Source: a virus | Taxonomy: Duplodnaviria; Caudoviricetes | Direction: 5' to 3' (one strand) | Virus record (IMG/VR): IMGVR_UViG_3300044681_000017 | Location: 1 to 56,409 of that record | DNA: 56,409 bases | Part shown: piece by piece, positions 24,562 through 33,868 of the stretch | How positions within the stretch are numbered: position 1 is the stretch's first letter | Layout: each line of letters begins with the position of its first letter | Notes under the pieces: model-generated | The model's input: the letters and a program-made list of their open reading frames with translations, nothing else | Database searches by the model: none | Told to the model about the DNA's origin: nothing | Position numbers and translations under genes: made by a program

Positions 24562-25996
24562 CTTGATACCTCAATCTTTCTGTTTCATAATCATCAAAAC
24601 CATATTCCAACTGATTCTTTAAGTTAAACCAATATCGACATCTACCATTCTCAATACAATATGCTTTCTTGGATTGTTGTACGATATCTCTAAAGTAATT
24701 CATATCTTCAAGTTGTTGGAACTCTTTATCATCAAAGTCTTCATACACCACAAGATAATGTCGGCCATACTTGGATAGAATATCAAAGTTATCATGACCA
24801 AGGATTTGTTTTACCTTGATTGAATATGGAGATTTGAAAACTCTTTCTCCTTTAATATATTCACCATTATCCTTCTTGGTGTAAAAATTAGAAAGTTGTA
24901 CGTACTCTCGTCCAACATTTGACCGAACCAATACCACTTTCTCTTTATTATTATATACGAGATTGAAGAACTTGTCAAGCACCACACCAACATTTCCTTC
25001 CTCAAACACGGTATTCTTATCGACAACCTTGGTGAACAGGGTGAAACATTTGGCTCTCTGTTCTCCGGTCAGAATGCAAACCCTAATATCATACTTACGC
25101 ACAATACGCAAAAGGTTCTCAGTGAACTCTCCGTATGGGTAGATGAAGAAGGTATTCCTCTTACCTTCCTTTGTCATTCTCACAACAAGATTCTCTAGGG
25201 TCTCTTCGTTCTTGATCATGATCTTCTTCTCATATGGTTCGTTGAGAAGGTTGGTCATGAGAGTAGTCAAGGCAGGATTCCACATTGACAATCTGTCCCA
25301 GAAGTTGATCGTGACATGATTCTGACAATAGAGGTATGCGGGAATCAAATAGGTCATCAAAGATTCGGAATGAGACAGATTGAAGGTGTGTACCGCTAGA
25401 GTATCCTTAAGGTTAAAGATTGACCCGTTTCTTGCTGAGTATGCTGCAACTTCCTTATGAGTGTAGTAATTGAGTTTGAACATATCATCTTCAAGACCAT
25501 CGTCCCAAGTGATATACAATGGATCATTTGGGCCTGCAAACTCCTTGGGGAAGTCCTTCATCTCATAAGAATCAAGATCGACATCATCCACATTTACTAG
25601 AACGCCCGTGTTTCCAACCAGTTCAAATTCCTTTGGCACAACTTCCTTGGCAATACCATCACACATTCTAATAGCAATATTGTCCCAGAACCCAGCTTCG
25701 GGTTTAAGTACTGTGATGGGAGAATCTGTGATAATCTCCTTATTGAAACTCAGGACAGCAGGAACAATCTGAATTCCCAGTTCAGCAAGGGCAAAGACAA
25801 GAGCATGGGTCTTCACTCCACAGTTCATAAGTCCAAGACAGGCGATATTACCCTTTACAATCCCCATCTCATTATGAACGTAACTCTTCCACTTGTCAAT
25901 CAATTCACAGAAACGATCACGATCATAATCACTGCGATCACCACGTTGAATGTTTCTAATTGTAAATTGGTCTCTAATAATATCTCTATTAATCAT
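24554..25996 (-). CDS. Degenerate AMP-binding (ANL adenylation) superfamily protein
   Basis: Size and layout match (KGNIACL...FALAELG...DPLYIT...K....TH), but the TSGxTG loop is absent. Confidence 0.5.
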   Translation of the reverse strand: MINRDIIRDQFTIRNIQRGDRSDYDRDRFCELIDKWKSYVHNEMGIVKGNIACLGLMNCGVKTHALVFALAELGIQIVPAVLSFNKEIITDSPITVLKPEAGFWDNIAIRMCDGIAKEVVPKEFELVGNTGVLVNVDDVDLDSYEMKDFPKEFAGPNDPLYITWDDGLEDDMFKLNYYTHKEVAAYSARNGSIFNLKDTLAVHTFNLSHSESLMTYLIPAYLYCQNHVTINFWDRLSMWNPALTTLMTNLLNEPYEKKIMIKNEETLENLVVRMTKEGKRNTFFIYPYGEFTENLLRIVRKYDIRVCILTGEQRAKCFTLFTKVVDKNTVFEEGNVGVVLDKFFNLVYNNKEKVVLVRSNVGREYVQLSNFYTKKDNGEYIKGERVFKSPYSIKVKQILGHDNFDILSKYGRHYLVVYEDFDDKEFQQLEDMNYFRDIVQQSKKAYCIENGRCRYWFNLKNQLEYGFDDYETERLRYQDE

Positions 25997-26660
25997 CGCT
26001 TTCAATTTCTTCTATTAACATATCACGGAGTCTTTGGGCCTGTATGTCAGTTTCAGTACCTTCACCATACCCACAGAATTTATATGCAAGAGTAATCCTC
26101 TCACATCCAGCATATGCGGCGTGCCAACAAATGTTGTGAGGTTCTTCCAGTGGCCCAAAATGATACCATCTTGCCTGCCAGCCAGGTTTATCCTGAATGG
26201 TAATGATCTCTTTTGTTTCTAGATCATAATAACGGAAGTATCCATCGCCTGTCTTAGACCATGTGAATAACACTTGATATGCAGACGCATCCCAGTTAGT
26301 GTGCCACCCCACAAACCCGCCAGGCGGATAATACGACAACAGTGCAGAGGTGTGAGCGCCAATCTCCGCAGCAAAGTCATACTTGACTCTCTGCATATAA
26401 TCAGACCACTTAGCCTTGTCTTTTCTAACCATTGTGGCAATGGGTTGTGCAAAGTGTTTATCCGGAACACCATAAGGTCTGTCTCTACGCAAACACTCGT
26501 CCAGATATTCATCTGAACAGTAGTATTCGCCCTTTGTCATATCCTCTTTACTGGAATATGCGTAATACTTAGGATCATTATAACCCTCAGTATTCAACAT
26601 ATCTTCCGCTATAGTGTCAAGAGTTTTGAGAAACTCTTTATTTCGTATCGTTATTTCCAT
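25989..26660 (-). CDS. DSBH/2OG-Fe(II) oxygenase-like protein (paralog of 54982-55629)
   Basis: YYPPGGFVGWHTN...WHAA...RIT. Confidence 0.7.
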   Translation of the reverse strand: MEITIRNKEFLKTLDTIAEDMLNTEGYNDPKYYAYSSKEDMTKGEYYCSDEYLDECLRRDRPYGVPDKHFAQPIATMVRKDKAKWSDYMQRVKYDFAAEIGAHTSALLSYYPPGGFVGWHTNWDASAYQVLFTWSKTGDGYFRYYDLETKEIITIQDKPGWQARWYHFGPLEEPHNICWHAAYAGCERITLAYKFCGYGEGTETDIQAQRLRDMLIEEIESDD

Positions 26661-26808
26661 CGATCTTTCTAAACGAAACTTCGCCCTCTTCAGTAATATT
26701 CCATTCGATGTTATCACCCACCTTTAGATTCAGGGCTTCCATCAATTCGTCTGTGAACTCCAGACACATGTCACCATCAACTTCGATAACATTACATGTA
26801 TAAATCAT
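26638..26808 (-). CDS. AbrB/MazE-type small DNA-binding protein (56 aa)
   Basis: Manual translation ...DGDMCLEFTDELMEALNLKVGDNIEWNITEEGEVSFRK; ATGA overlap with thyX. Confidence 0.7.
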   Translation of the reverse strand: MIYTCNVIEVDGDMCLEFTDELMEALNLKVGDNIEWNITEEGEVSFRKIDGNNDTK

Positions 26809-27500
26809 GGTAATTTCCTCTCGGCTTGAATCTCTTCAATCGCTTGGACGATACTTGGGAAATGAATCTTGACAATATCCCAACACTTGTCAGCGACTTC
26901 CATATGTTCTTTTTGAGTACCGTTGCCTCTACGTAGATCACAGTAGTGAATCCAAGAACGAAGAGTTCCCGACATGTACAACGTGGTTTCGGTATTACCT
27001 TCGGGAAGGACGGCACGTGCCTGTTCCTTTGCAATACCATTCGCCAAGGCCCATTCATAAACTTCTTTAGATGTACGAATCACTTCAGCCTGTTTCATTC
27101 TCCAGAACTCACGCAAGTCTCGTGTATCTGCATTGACAGGCACATCGATTGAGTTCTGGCGGTTCTTGGTATCCTGAAGTCTCGCCTCACGGTATTCAAA
27201 GTTCTCCGACACAGCATAACGTTGTGAGAATTCCTGAAAGCTAAACGATCTGTGTCTGAGGATTTGTCTGGAAATGTCACGAGTTGTCTTGATCTCCATC
27301 GTCATACTAACCATCTCAAACGGTGACCAATGGTTCTCCCTGATAAGATACCCCAACAACTTAGAAGCCGTTCCCTTATTATTCTGATTAGCGGGATTAC
27401 TTACACGTGCAGCATATGCAATCAATTCTTCAGCAGAATGACAACCATCAACATATGCGCTGGGCTTCGTAACACCAATTAGACTCACTTCACTCATCAT
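26805..27500 (-). CDS. thyX: FAD-dependent thymidylate synthase
   Basis: HWSPFE, RHRSFSFQEFSQRY, EQARAVLP. Confidence 0.97.
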   Translation of the reverse strand: MMSEVSLIGVTKPSAYVDGCHSAEELIAYAARVSNPANQNNKGTASKLLGYLIRENHWSPFEMVSMTMEIKTTRDISRQILRHRSFSFQEFSQRYAVSENFEYREARLQDTKNRQNSIDVPVNADTRDLREFWRMKQAEVIRTSKEVYEWALANGIAKEQARAVLPEGNTETTLYMSGTLRSWIHYCDLRRGNGTQKEHMEVADKCWDIVKIHFPSIVQAIEEIQAERKLP

Positions 27501-27657
27501 CACTCTCCGTTTCAATTTTATCTTCTTTGATACAATCGTTTTCGATTAACCAAGTAACAGCATTATTAATACCTTCTAGCCTTCCCTGATATTTACCTAC
27601 AATGTAAGATATGAAGAGGCAAAGTGTAGCCAATAATGCGTGTTCTACATCTGTCAT
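27490..27657 (-). CDS. Small membrane protein
   Basis: MTDVEHALL..., one hydrophobic segment. Confidence 0.55.
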   Translation of the reverse strand: MTDVEHALLATLCLFISYIVGKYQGRLEGINNAVTWLIENDCIKEDKIETESDDE

Positions 27658-27658
27658 A

Positions 27659-29071
27659 TTAAACCTTAAATAGAGAGAAGTCTTTGAACCTCTTCTCATT
27701 ACTTATGCGTTTGCCAGAATCCGTCCTATCAAAGGCCGGCGTGTCATCGTCCCAAGGGACATCATCAGATTCTTTCTCTGAGGATTGATCACAATCATAC
27801 AGGCGCATCTTCGATCTGTCAACCCCTACGACAAACTTTTGATTTATAGTAGGATCGTTGTACCTATTCTTCAACTGTTTGACCAGAATCTTACCCTGTG
27901 CATTCAGTTCATTATTTGAGATGAGTGCGAACATGAAGTCAGCGGTTGCGGGTAGTCCAAAAGATTCGGACGTGTCTTCAAGCCCCACATCGTCATTAGA
28001 GTAACCAGAACGAGTCGTCTGTGTTGCAGACACAATCGGCACGTCAAATTCCACTGCAAGTCCACGTATCTCTTCAGCAATAGACTTGATATAAGAATAT
28101 GAGTTAATAGCACCACCCATCCCCTTCATCCTTGCAGATGCACAAATGTTCAGATAGTCAATGAAGATGATGTCCGGCATGAACTTCTTCTTCAATTTGA
28201 GTTCGTTCAACAACGCACGGAAGTGTGACGTGTTCGCCTGTCCGGTAGGGTATTCCTTGATGATCAGTTTACCCTGAGTCTTACGTGCAATCTCTGACAC
28301 ACGATCATGGAACATATCCTTGGACATATTCTCCAGTTGATCAATCGCAATGTTCAACAGGTTAGCGTCAATACGTTCTGCGATACGTTCCTCGGCCATC
28401 TCCATAGTGATATAGAGAACGTTCTTACCTAGACTAAGTGAACTACCAGCGCAATGGCACATAAAGAGAGACTTGCCCACGCCAGTACCAGCGAGAGCGA
28501 TGTTAAGAGTCTTGTTTGGTAGACCACCCTTTGTAATTCGATTAAAGTAATCAAGGTCAAACGGAAGTCGTTCCTCTTCCTCGTGGTAGAATTTGAATCG
28601 TTCATCAATGTTCTCCAGATAGTCGTGACCAATATTGGTATCAAAAGATACACCCAAGGCCTTACTAAGAATATCTGGAATACCGTTCTTAGTCAGAGTT
28701 TTGTGTTTACCATCAAGAATAGAAATAGATTCCATGACCGCATTGAATACAGCACGGTCTTGACACCACTTCTCAGTTCGATCAACCAACCAACTTAGGT
28801 CTACTTCTTCTTTTGAAAACACGTTTGGAAGGATTTCCATGGCGTGTCGATACTGCTCATCCGACAGACGGTCACCCTCATCGATCTCAATCTTGAAGGC
28901 TTCCATTGTCGGAAGTTTGTTATATTTTGCAATAAACTTTGTGAACTCTTTGAAGAGGTTTTGGTACACCCCCTGAAAGTAGTCCGGATTGATAAACGCC
29001 GCAACCTTGCGAGCGTATTCATCATTTGTAACTAGGTTTCTTAAAATTGTCTGTTCTAGATTAATATCCAT
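27659..29071 (-). CDS. 41: Replicative DNA helicase (T4 gp41)
   Basis: AGTGVGKS, ITMEMAE, IDYLNIC, SATQTTR, ESFGLPATAD. Confidence 0.97.
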   Translation of the reverse strand: MDINLEQTILRNLVTNDEYARKVAAFINPDYFQGVYQNLFKEFTKFIAKYNKLPTMEAFKIEIDEGDRLSDEQYRHAMEILPNVFSKEEVDLSWLVDRTEKWCQDRAVFNAVMESISILDGKHKTLTKNGIPDILSKALGVSFDTNIGHDYLENIDERFKFYHEEEERLPFDLDYFNRITKGGLPNKTLNIALAGTGVGKSLFMCHCAGSSLSLGKNVLYITMEMAEERIAERIDANLLNIAIDQLENMSKDMFHDRVSEIARKTQGKLIIKEYPTGQANTSHFRALLNELKLKKKFMPDIIFIDYLNICASARMKGMGGAINSYSYIKSIAEEIRGLAVEFDVPIVSATQTTRSGYSNDDVGLEDTSESFGLPATADFMFALISNNELNAQGKILVKQLKNRYNDPTINQKFVVGVDRSKMRLYDCDQSSEKESDDVPWDDDTPAFDRTDSGKRISNEKRFKDFSLFKV

Positions 29072-29391
29072 CAATTCCTCGGTTGAGTAACAAGCCACCC
29101 TTCTGCATAGGCACGTTCTAGTACATCCTCAAGGATGTCTGCTGCATACTCCTGTAGTTGAACATCATCGGATGTCAATAAAGGATCAGGTGAATATACT
29201 ACCTTATAATTGAACGTAAGGCAATCCTTAATTTCATTAAAGGCAACATTTCCATAACGAATAACGGTTTCGGTGAAATCACCACGTAGGATACGAATAT
29301 CCCACGCTTGATCATTAGGTGAATCGTCAACGGGGATCAACTGATAGTCAACCCCCTCTGACACCTTGTTTATATCAATCTTCTTCGCCAT
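29071..29391 (-). CDS. Hypothetical protein at the T4 gene 40 position
   Basis: 106 aa between uvsX and gene 41. Confidence 0.65.
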   Translation of the reverse strand: MAKKIDINKVSEGVDYQLIPVDDSPNDQAWDIRILRGDFTETVIRYGNVAFNEIKDCLTFNYKVVYSPDPLLTSDDVQLQEYAADILEDVLERAYAEGWLVTQPRN

Positions 29392-30430
29392 CTACAATAT
29401 CTTCCATAGCTACTTGTGAAGGTAGTCCGATCTTGTACTGCTTCTCAAGGAAGTCAGCAAAGTCAGTGAATTCGAAGATAGGAGTCCAGAACTCTTCTTC
29501 TAGCGTCTGAGCTTGTCTAACTTTTGGGTCAACCAGTTCACCAGTGTTACGGTCAACACGACAGTACCAGCCATTAGAAGGCTTAGCCACATAACCACCA
29601 GCCAGAGCAACGTCAAGAAGACCAGAATAACGCTGGACACCACCCTCCCAAGATACTGAGATAGGGATTTTAGACTTTTCTTTAACATAACGAGACTTCT
29701 CCACATTGATCACAAAGTGGTAACCCTTAATCTCCGTCCCCTGTTTGTCCTGTTGACGGCCAAGAATCCAGATGTTATCCGCAGAGTAGTAGATACCCGT
29801 ACCACCACCAACAATATCCTTCGGAAACAGACCGATCTCTTTATAGGTATGGTTTACGGCCAACATAGGAATGTTCTTCATTGCAAGGTACGGAGTACAC
29901 ATACGGAAGAGACCCTTGAGTGCCTTTGCACGAGACATGTCTGCAACAGACTTCTCGTTGATTGCATCCTCAAGTTCCTTCTTGGAAGCAAGGTTACCAA
30001 TCGAATCGATGACAACAATAACATTATCGTCACGATCCATTGCTTCAAGTTGACTGATCAGGTCAAACTTAAGTTCTTCTACATTCGTGATAGGAGTGTG
30101 CAACACCCTACTAGCATCAATTCCAAACTGTTCGAAATAAGATTGGGGGGAACCAAACTCCGAATCGTAAAATAGTAGTACAGCATCTTCTTTAGCCCTC
30201 AGATATGCACCCGCCATCAACAAGGCGAATGAAGTCTTGAAGTGTTTGGATGGGCCTGCCAGAACCGTAAGTCCTGGCGTAACCCCACCATTGATAGACC
30301 CCGAAAGTGCCACGTTAACCATAGGCACATCGGTAGGAACCATGTCCTTCTCAGTGAAGAACTTACTCTCCGACAGAATCTCCGTTGTCTTGATCTTTGA
30401 GTTCTTCTTCAGTTTCGCCATTACGCTCAT
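29375..30430 (-). CDS. uvsX: RecA-like recombinase
   Basis: AGPSKHFKT, YDSEFG, IDSIGNLAS. Confidence 0.97.
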   Translation of the reverse strand: MSVMAKLKKNSKIKTTEILSESKFFTEKDMVPTDVPMVNVALSGSINGGVTPGLTVLAGPSKHFKTSFALLMAGAYLRAKEDAVLLFYDSEFGSPQSYFEQFGIDASRVLHTPITNVEELKFDLISQLEAMDRDDNVIVVIDSIGNLASKKELEDAINEKSVADMSRAKALKGLFRMCTPYLAMKNIPMLAVNHTYKEIGLFPKDIVGGGTGIYYSADNIWILGRQQDKQGTEIKGYHFVINVEKSRYVKEKSKIPISVSWEGGVQRYSGLLDVALAGGYVAKPSNGWYCRVDRNTGELVDPKVRQAQTLEEEFWTPIFEFTDFADFLEKQYKIGLPSQVAMEDIVDGEED

Positions 30431-31394
30431 TATTCACATCTCCATAGGTAATATTGTTTGCTTTTTCACGTTCATCAAGCTCATAGTATGCACGATAACG
30501 GCTGTTGATGTCAAGCACTTTTTCCAACAGACTGAAACTTGCGATAAGTTCACCAGTCTCACGGTTTCTCGCTTCTGAGAACTTAAGGAATGCCATAGTG
30601 TCTTTAGGAAGACAAGCACCACCAAATCCACGTTTACGATCATAGCCAGGCACACGACTGTGACCGATACCGACACGAGGGTCAGCACCCACCGCACGAG
30701 TAACCACATTGTAACTACAACCAAACGCATTCACAAGATCATACAACTGATTAAAGAAGGTGACCTTAGTTGCAAGGTAAGAGTTAATCGCATACTTCAC
30801 AAATGACGCTTCAGCGGCTGACATACGATAGTAGTCATTAGACTTACACAGACTGAAGATATCATAGATTTCTGTTAGGTGAACCGTTGCCATTTCAGTA
30901 CCACCAAGTACATGGAACTCAGCATTAACAAACTGTTCTTCTGCATTCTTCTCAGTCAGGAACTCAGGATTGTAAACGAGTCGATCAACACCATCCTCAA
31001 ACATGGAATTGTACAGACGATCAATAACATCAGGAGTAACTGTTGATTTAACAACAACAAGAGCTTCGGTATGTTCGATCAACTTCAGTACTGCATCTTC
31101 AACAATAGAAGCATCAACAAACCCAGTTTCGGGATTCATAGGCGTAGGCGCACACACGAATACACAGTGAGGTTCGAAGTCAACTAGAGCATCGATTGTT
31201 GCTTTATCACCATACTTGGGGTCAGCGATCTGCAAGTCAACCAAGGGGTGACTAAAAGCATACTCAACTGCACGTCCCACAAAACCATGGCCCACGATAC
31301 CCAACTTAAAGGGATTCTCAGGACTAATCGGTTTCTGCTTATCCGCTAGGGACTTACCCTCTTGCGGAATGAACTTATCAAAATCATCGGCCAT
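30363..31394 (-). CDS. UDP-glucose/GDP-mannose 6-dehydrogenase family protein
   Basis: GHGFVG, KSTV, NPEFL, GFGGACLPKD. Confidence 0.92.
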   Translation of the reverse strand: MADDFDKFIPQEGKSLADKQKPISPENPFKLGIVGHGFVGRAVEYAFSHPLVDLQIADPKYGDKATIDALVDFEPHCVFVCAPTPMNPETGFVDASIVEDAVLKLIEHTEALVVVKSTVTPDVIDRLYNSMFEDGVDRLVYNPEFLTEKNAEEQFVNAEFHVLGGTEMATVHLTEIYDIFSLCKSNDYYRMSAAEASFVKYAINSYLATKVTFFNQLYDLVNAFGCSYNVVTRAVGADPRVGIGHSRVPGYDRKRGFGGACLPKDTMAFLKFSEARNRETGELIASFSLLEKVLDINSRYRAYYELDEREKANNITYGDVNNERNGETEEELKDQDNGDSVGE

Positions 31395-32380
31395 TATACA
31401 TTCTCCACGTTATAAAATTTCTTGTACCATTCATAAAATTTAGCAACACCTTCATTTATACTAGTCTCAGGACGATATCCAAAGGCCTGTAACTTTTCAG
31501 TATTACTCCAAGTTTCTTTAGTGTCAGCAGGATGTTTAGGTGCAAGGTTAATAATCGCATCCTTCCCGACATTCGTTTCAATAGCCTTAACAAAGTCCAT
31601 CAACTGAACCTGTTGACCTCTACCGATATTGAAGATTTCACCATCATCAATTTTACCATTCTCAATGTTCTCAAGTACAATAACGATACCATTAAGGATA
31701 TCCTCAATGTAGGTGAAATCTCGTTTCATGTCCCCATAATTATACACGTCTATGGGTTCTCCGTCAAGTATTTTTTTCGTGAATTGAAAGAGTGCCATGT
31801 CTGGTCTGCCCCAAGGGCCATACACAGTAAAGAAACGCAGACCAACCGCAAAACAATCTGCAATCTTGAATTGACATTCATTGACATATTTGGTATATGC
31901 ATACGCATTTAATTGGTGAGCTTGAACAAACTCTTCTGTCCAACCATTTTCGCCAATAGGAGTTCCACCATAGACAGAACTGGTAGAGGCATAAATCACT
32001 TTAGTTTCTGGACTATGTGTTTTAAGATGATTGATTAGAGTTTGAGTACCATCAATATTGTTCGAATGGTAGTCTCCCTCTTTACCAAAGGAATCACGGA
32101 CACCAGCGTGAGCAGCTAGATGAATCAAATAATCAATTTTATTGCCGTGATCTTTAATATGTTTGAAAATCTGTCTCATATGAACAGGATCACGGATGTC
32201 AGCCTCAGCAAGAGGGACACCAAAGTGATTGTGTCTTTTCATCTTTAAAATTGGATTATAAAGATGGTCGTTTAGATTATCAATACCAAAGACTTTATGA
32301 CCTAGACCCTGTAGTTTCAGAGAAAGTTGAGAACCGATAAAACCGGCTGCTCCAGTTATTACAATTGTTTTACTATCCAT
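31394..32380 (-). CDS. NAD-dependent epimerase (UDP-glucuronate 4-epimerase-like)
   Basis: TGAAGFIG, YAYTK, RFFTVYGPWGRPDMA. Confidence 0.92.
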   Translation of the reverse strand: MDSKTIVITGAAGFIGSQLSLKLQGLGHKVFGIDNLNDHLYNPILKMKRHNHFGVPLAEADIRDPVHMRQIFKHIKDHGNKIDYLIHLAAHAGVRDSFGKEGDYHSNNIDGTQTLINHLKTHSPETKVIYASTSSVYGGTPIGENGWTEEFVQAHQLNAYAYTKYVNECQFKIADCFAVGLRFFTVYGPWGRPDMALFQFTKKILDGEPIDVYNYGDMKRDFTYIEDILNGIVIVLENIENGKIDDGEIFNIGRGQQVQLMDFVKAIETNVGKDAIINLAPKHPADTKETWSNTEKLQAFGYRPETSINEGVAKFYEWYKKFYNVENV

Positions 32381-33311
32381 TTCGGTAAATATACTCCAAT
32401 GCTCTATCCGCTTCAACTATAAGCGGTCTATGTTCATACCAGTTTCCGGTCTCAGCATCAAACTGTTTACACATGTCTGCAATCTGTTGTGCTGTTATTG
32501 GATAACCACGTTCGGTAGCCTTGCCTGCCACTGCCACCATAATTTGATACATCTTGTGATACCAACCAGTACCACTAATCTGCATGTATTCTGCACCAAG
32601 ACTTTTTGGCCAGAATGGGCAGTCATGATAAGATGTCCAAGTGAAGTTAGTATTATCTAGTTGTGATTTACGATGTTCGATCACAGCCTTCTGCAACTCT
32701 TCAGGTAATCTATCTAGGAAAGAATTACCTGTCTTTTCACGGTAAGGGTGTTTTGCAATCAGTTCAGATACGTTAAGCGCCTCGCCTTCGTTCTCAAAGA
32801 AGAAAGAGAAAGCATTAGGGTATTCAGCAGGAACATAGAACATACGTGCAAGGTCTTTGGTTTGGGGATCACCATTCTCACCAAGTTCAGTGTTCAAGGC
32901 AAACCAGAAAGCTTTGATACGTCCATTCTCTACGGGTTCATCAAGACGAAACACGATTCGAAACTTTAAAGTACCTTCTCGGCTTGATGCTGTATTGTAC
33001 ACAACGTAGTCGTACTGCCCGAATCGTTCTCGCAACTGGAGTTCCAAGTTTCCCAAATCAGAACCAAAATCATGATCGTCAATATCAACGCAACACCAAC
33101 TACCCCAATACCTAGTAGATTTATTAGAACGTGTAGAATTTGTTTCGAAAATAGCAGGACTAATAAGAGGACTAGAATTATTTCCACCCTTCTCTCCCTT
33201 TAACTTAGATATCTTTTTCAACCAACCAACAAATGAAGGCCAAGACTTAAACGCCACGGTGTGGTTAGTCCTGTTATCATATTGGTTTTTGAACATTGTC
33301 AATTCATACAT
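32373..33311 (-). CDS. Archaeo-eukaryotic primase/PrimPol-like protein
   Basis: ISPA...VDIDD...YNTASS...KFRIVF...DPQTKDLARMFY, plus a helical C-domain. Confidence 0.7.
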   Translation of the reverse strand: MYELTMFKNQYDNRTNHTVAFKSWPSFVGWLKKISKLKGEKGGNNSSPLISPAIFETNSTRSNKSTRYWGSWCCVDIDDHDFGSDLGNLELQLRERFGQYDYVVYNTASSREGTLKFRIVFRLDEPVENGRIKAFWFALNTELGENGDPQTKDLARMFYVPAEYPNAFSFFFENEGEALNVSELIAKHPYREKTGNSFLDRLPEELQKAVIEHRKSQLDNTNFTWTSYHDCPFWPKSLGAEYMQISGTGWYHKMYQIMVAVAGKATERGYPITAQQIADMCKQFDAETGNWYEHRPLIVEADRALEYIYRNG

Positions 33312-33868
33312 TATAAACACATATTCTTATACAGTTGCACACCGTGAACCTTGGTCACGCCTTTGAATGTCGCAGTATAGTTCCATTCTTTTAATAGTTC
33401 TATTCTACCATCATCAACGAACTTTGTCAAGCCTTCTTGAACGGAAGAGAGTTCTGTGTTATCGTATAACATATAAGGTGTCTTGAATTTAATAGAGACT
33501 TCGGTATCTACCTGAACGTCTTCTGTCCCATGATTACCATCAATAAAGATGAAATCAAAACGAGTTCCACCCAGAAGATACAGTATGGTAGGTGAAGGGG
33601 TCAGATACACACTCACGTTAGGATATAGTTTCTCCATTATCGGGCCGTACTCAACACCACGGGGGTGATAAGGACAACACGAAGCTATCTTACAGTCCGG
33701 CATCTTCTCAGCAAAATAGGTTGTGGAGTGTCCGGCATAGAAACCAATCTCCAACATAGACTTTGGATTGATCATAGTCTTCACATCGTCAATCATAGCA
33801 AAGACTTCATCGGAGGGGGGAAGATACCCCCAACCATTCTCATCCCACATCAAATGATCTAAGTTCAC
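33311..33868 (-). CDS. Class I SAM-dependent methyltransferase
   Basis: [20 protein letters not shown]; GTGA overlap with the gp43 stop. Confidence 0.85.
   Translation of the reverse strand: MNLDHLMWDENGWGYLPPSDEVFAMIDDVKTMINPKSMLEIGFYAGHSTTYFAEKMPDCKIASCCPYHPRGVEYGPIMEKLYPNVSVYLTPSPTILYLLGGTRFDFIFIDGNHGTEDVQVDTEVSIKFKTPYMLYDNTELSSVQEGLTKFVDDGRIELLKEWNYTATFKGVTKVHGVQLYKNMCL

Noticed and set aside
30363-30430. 68-nt overlap between the dehydrogenase and uvsX as a frameshift fusion
   Set aside because: No phased slippery site was seen, uvsX has its own GGAG RBS and ATG, and both proteins are complete.
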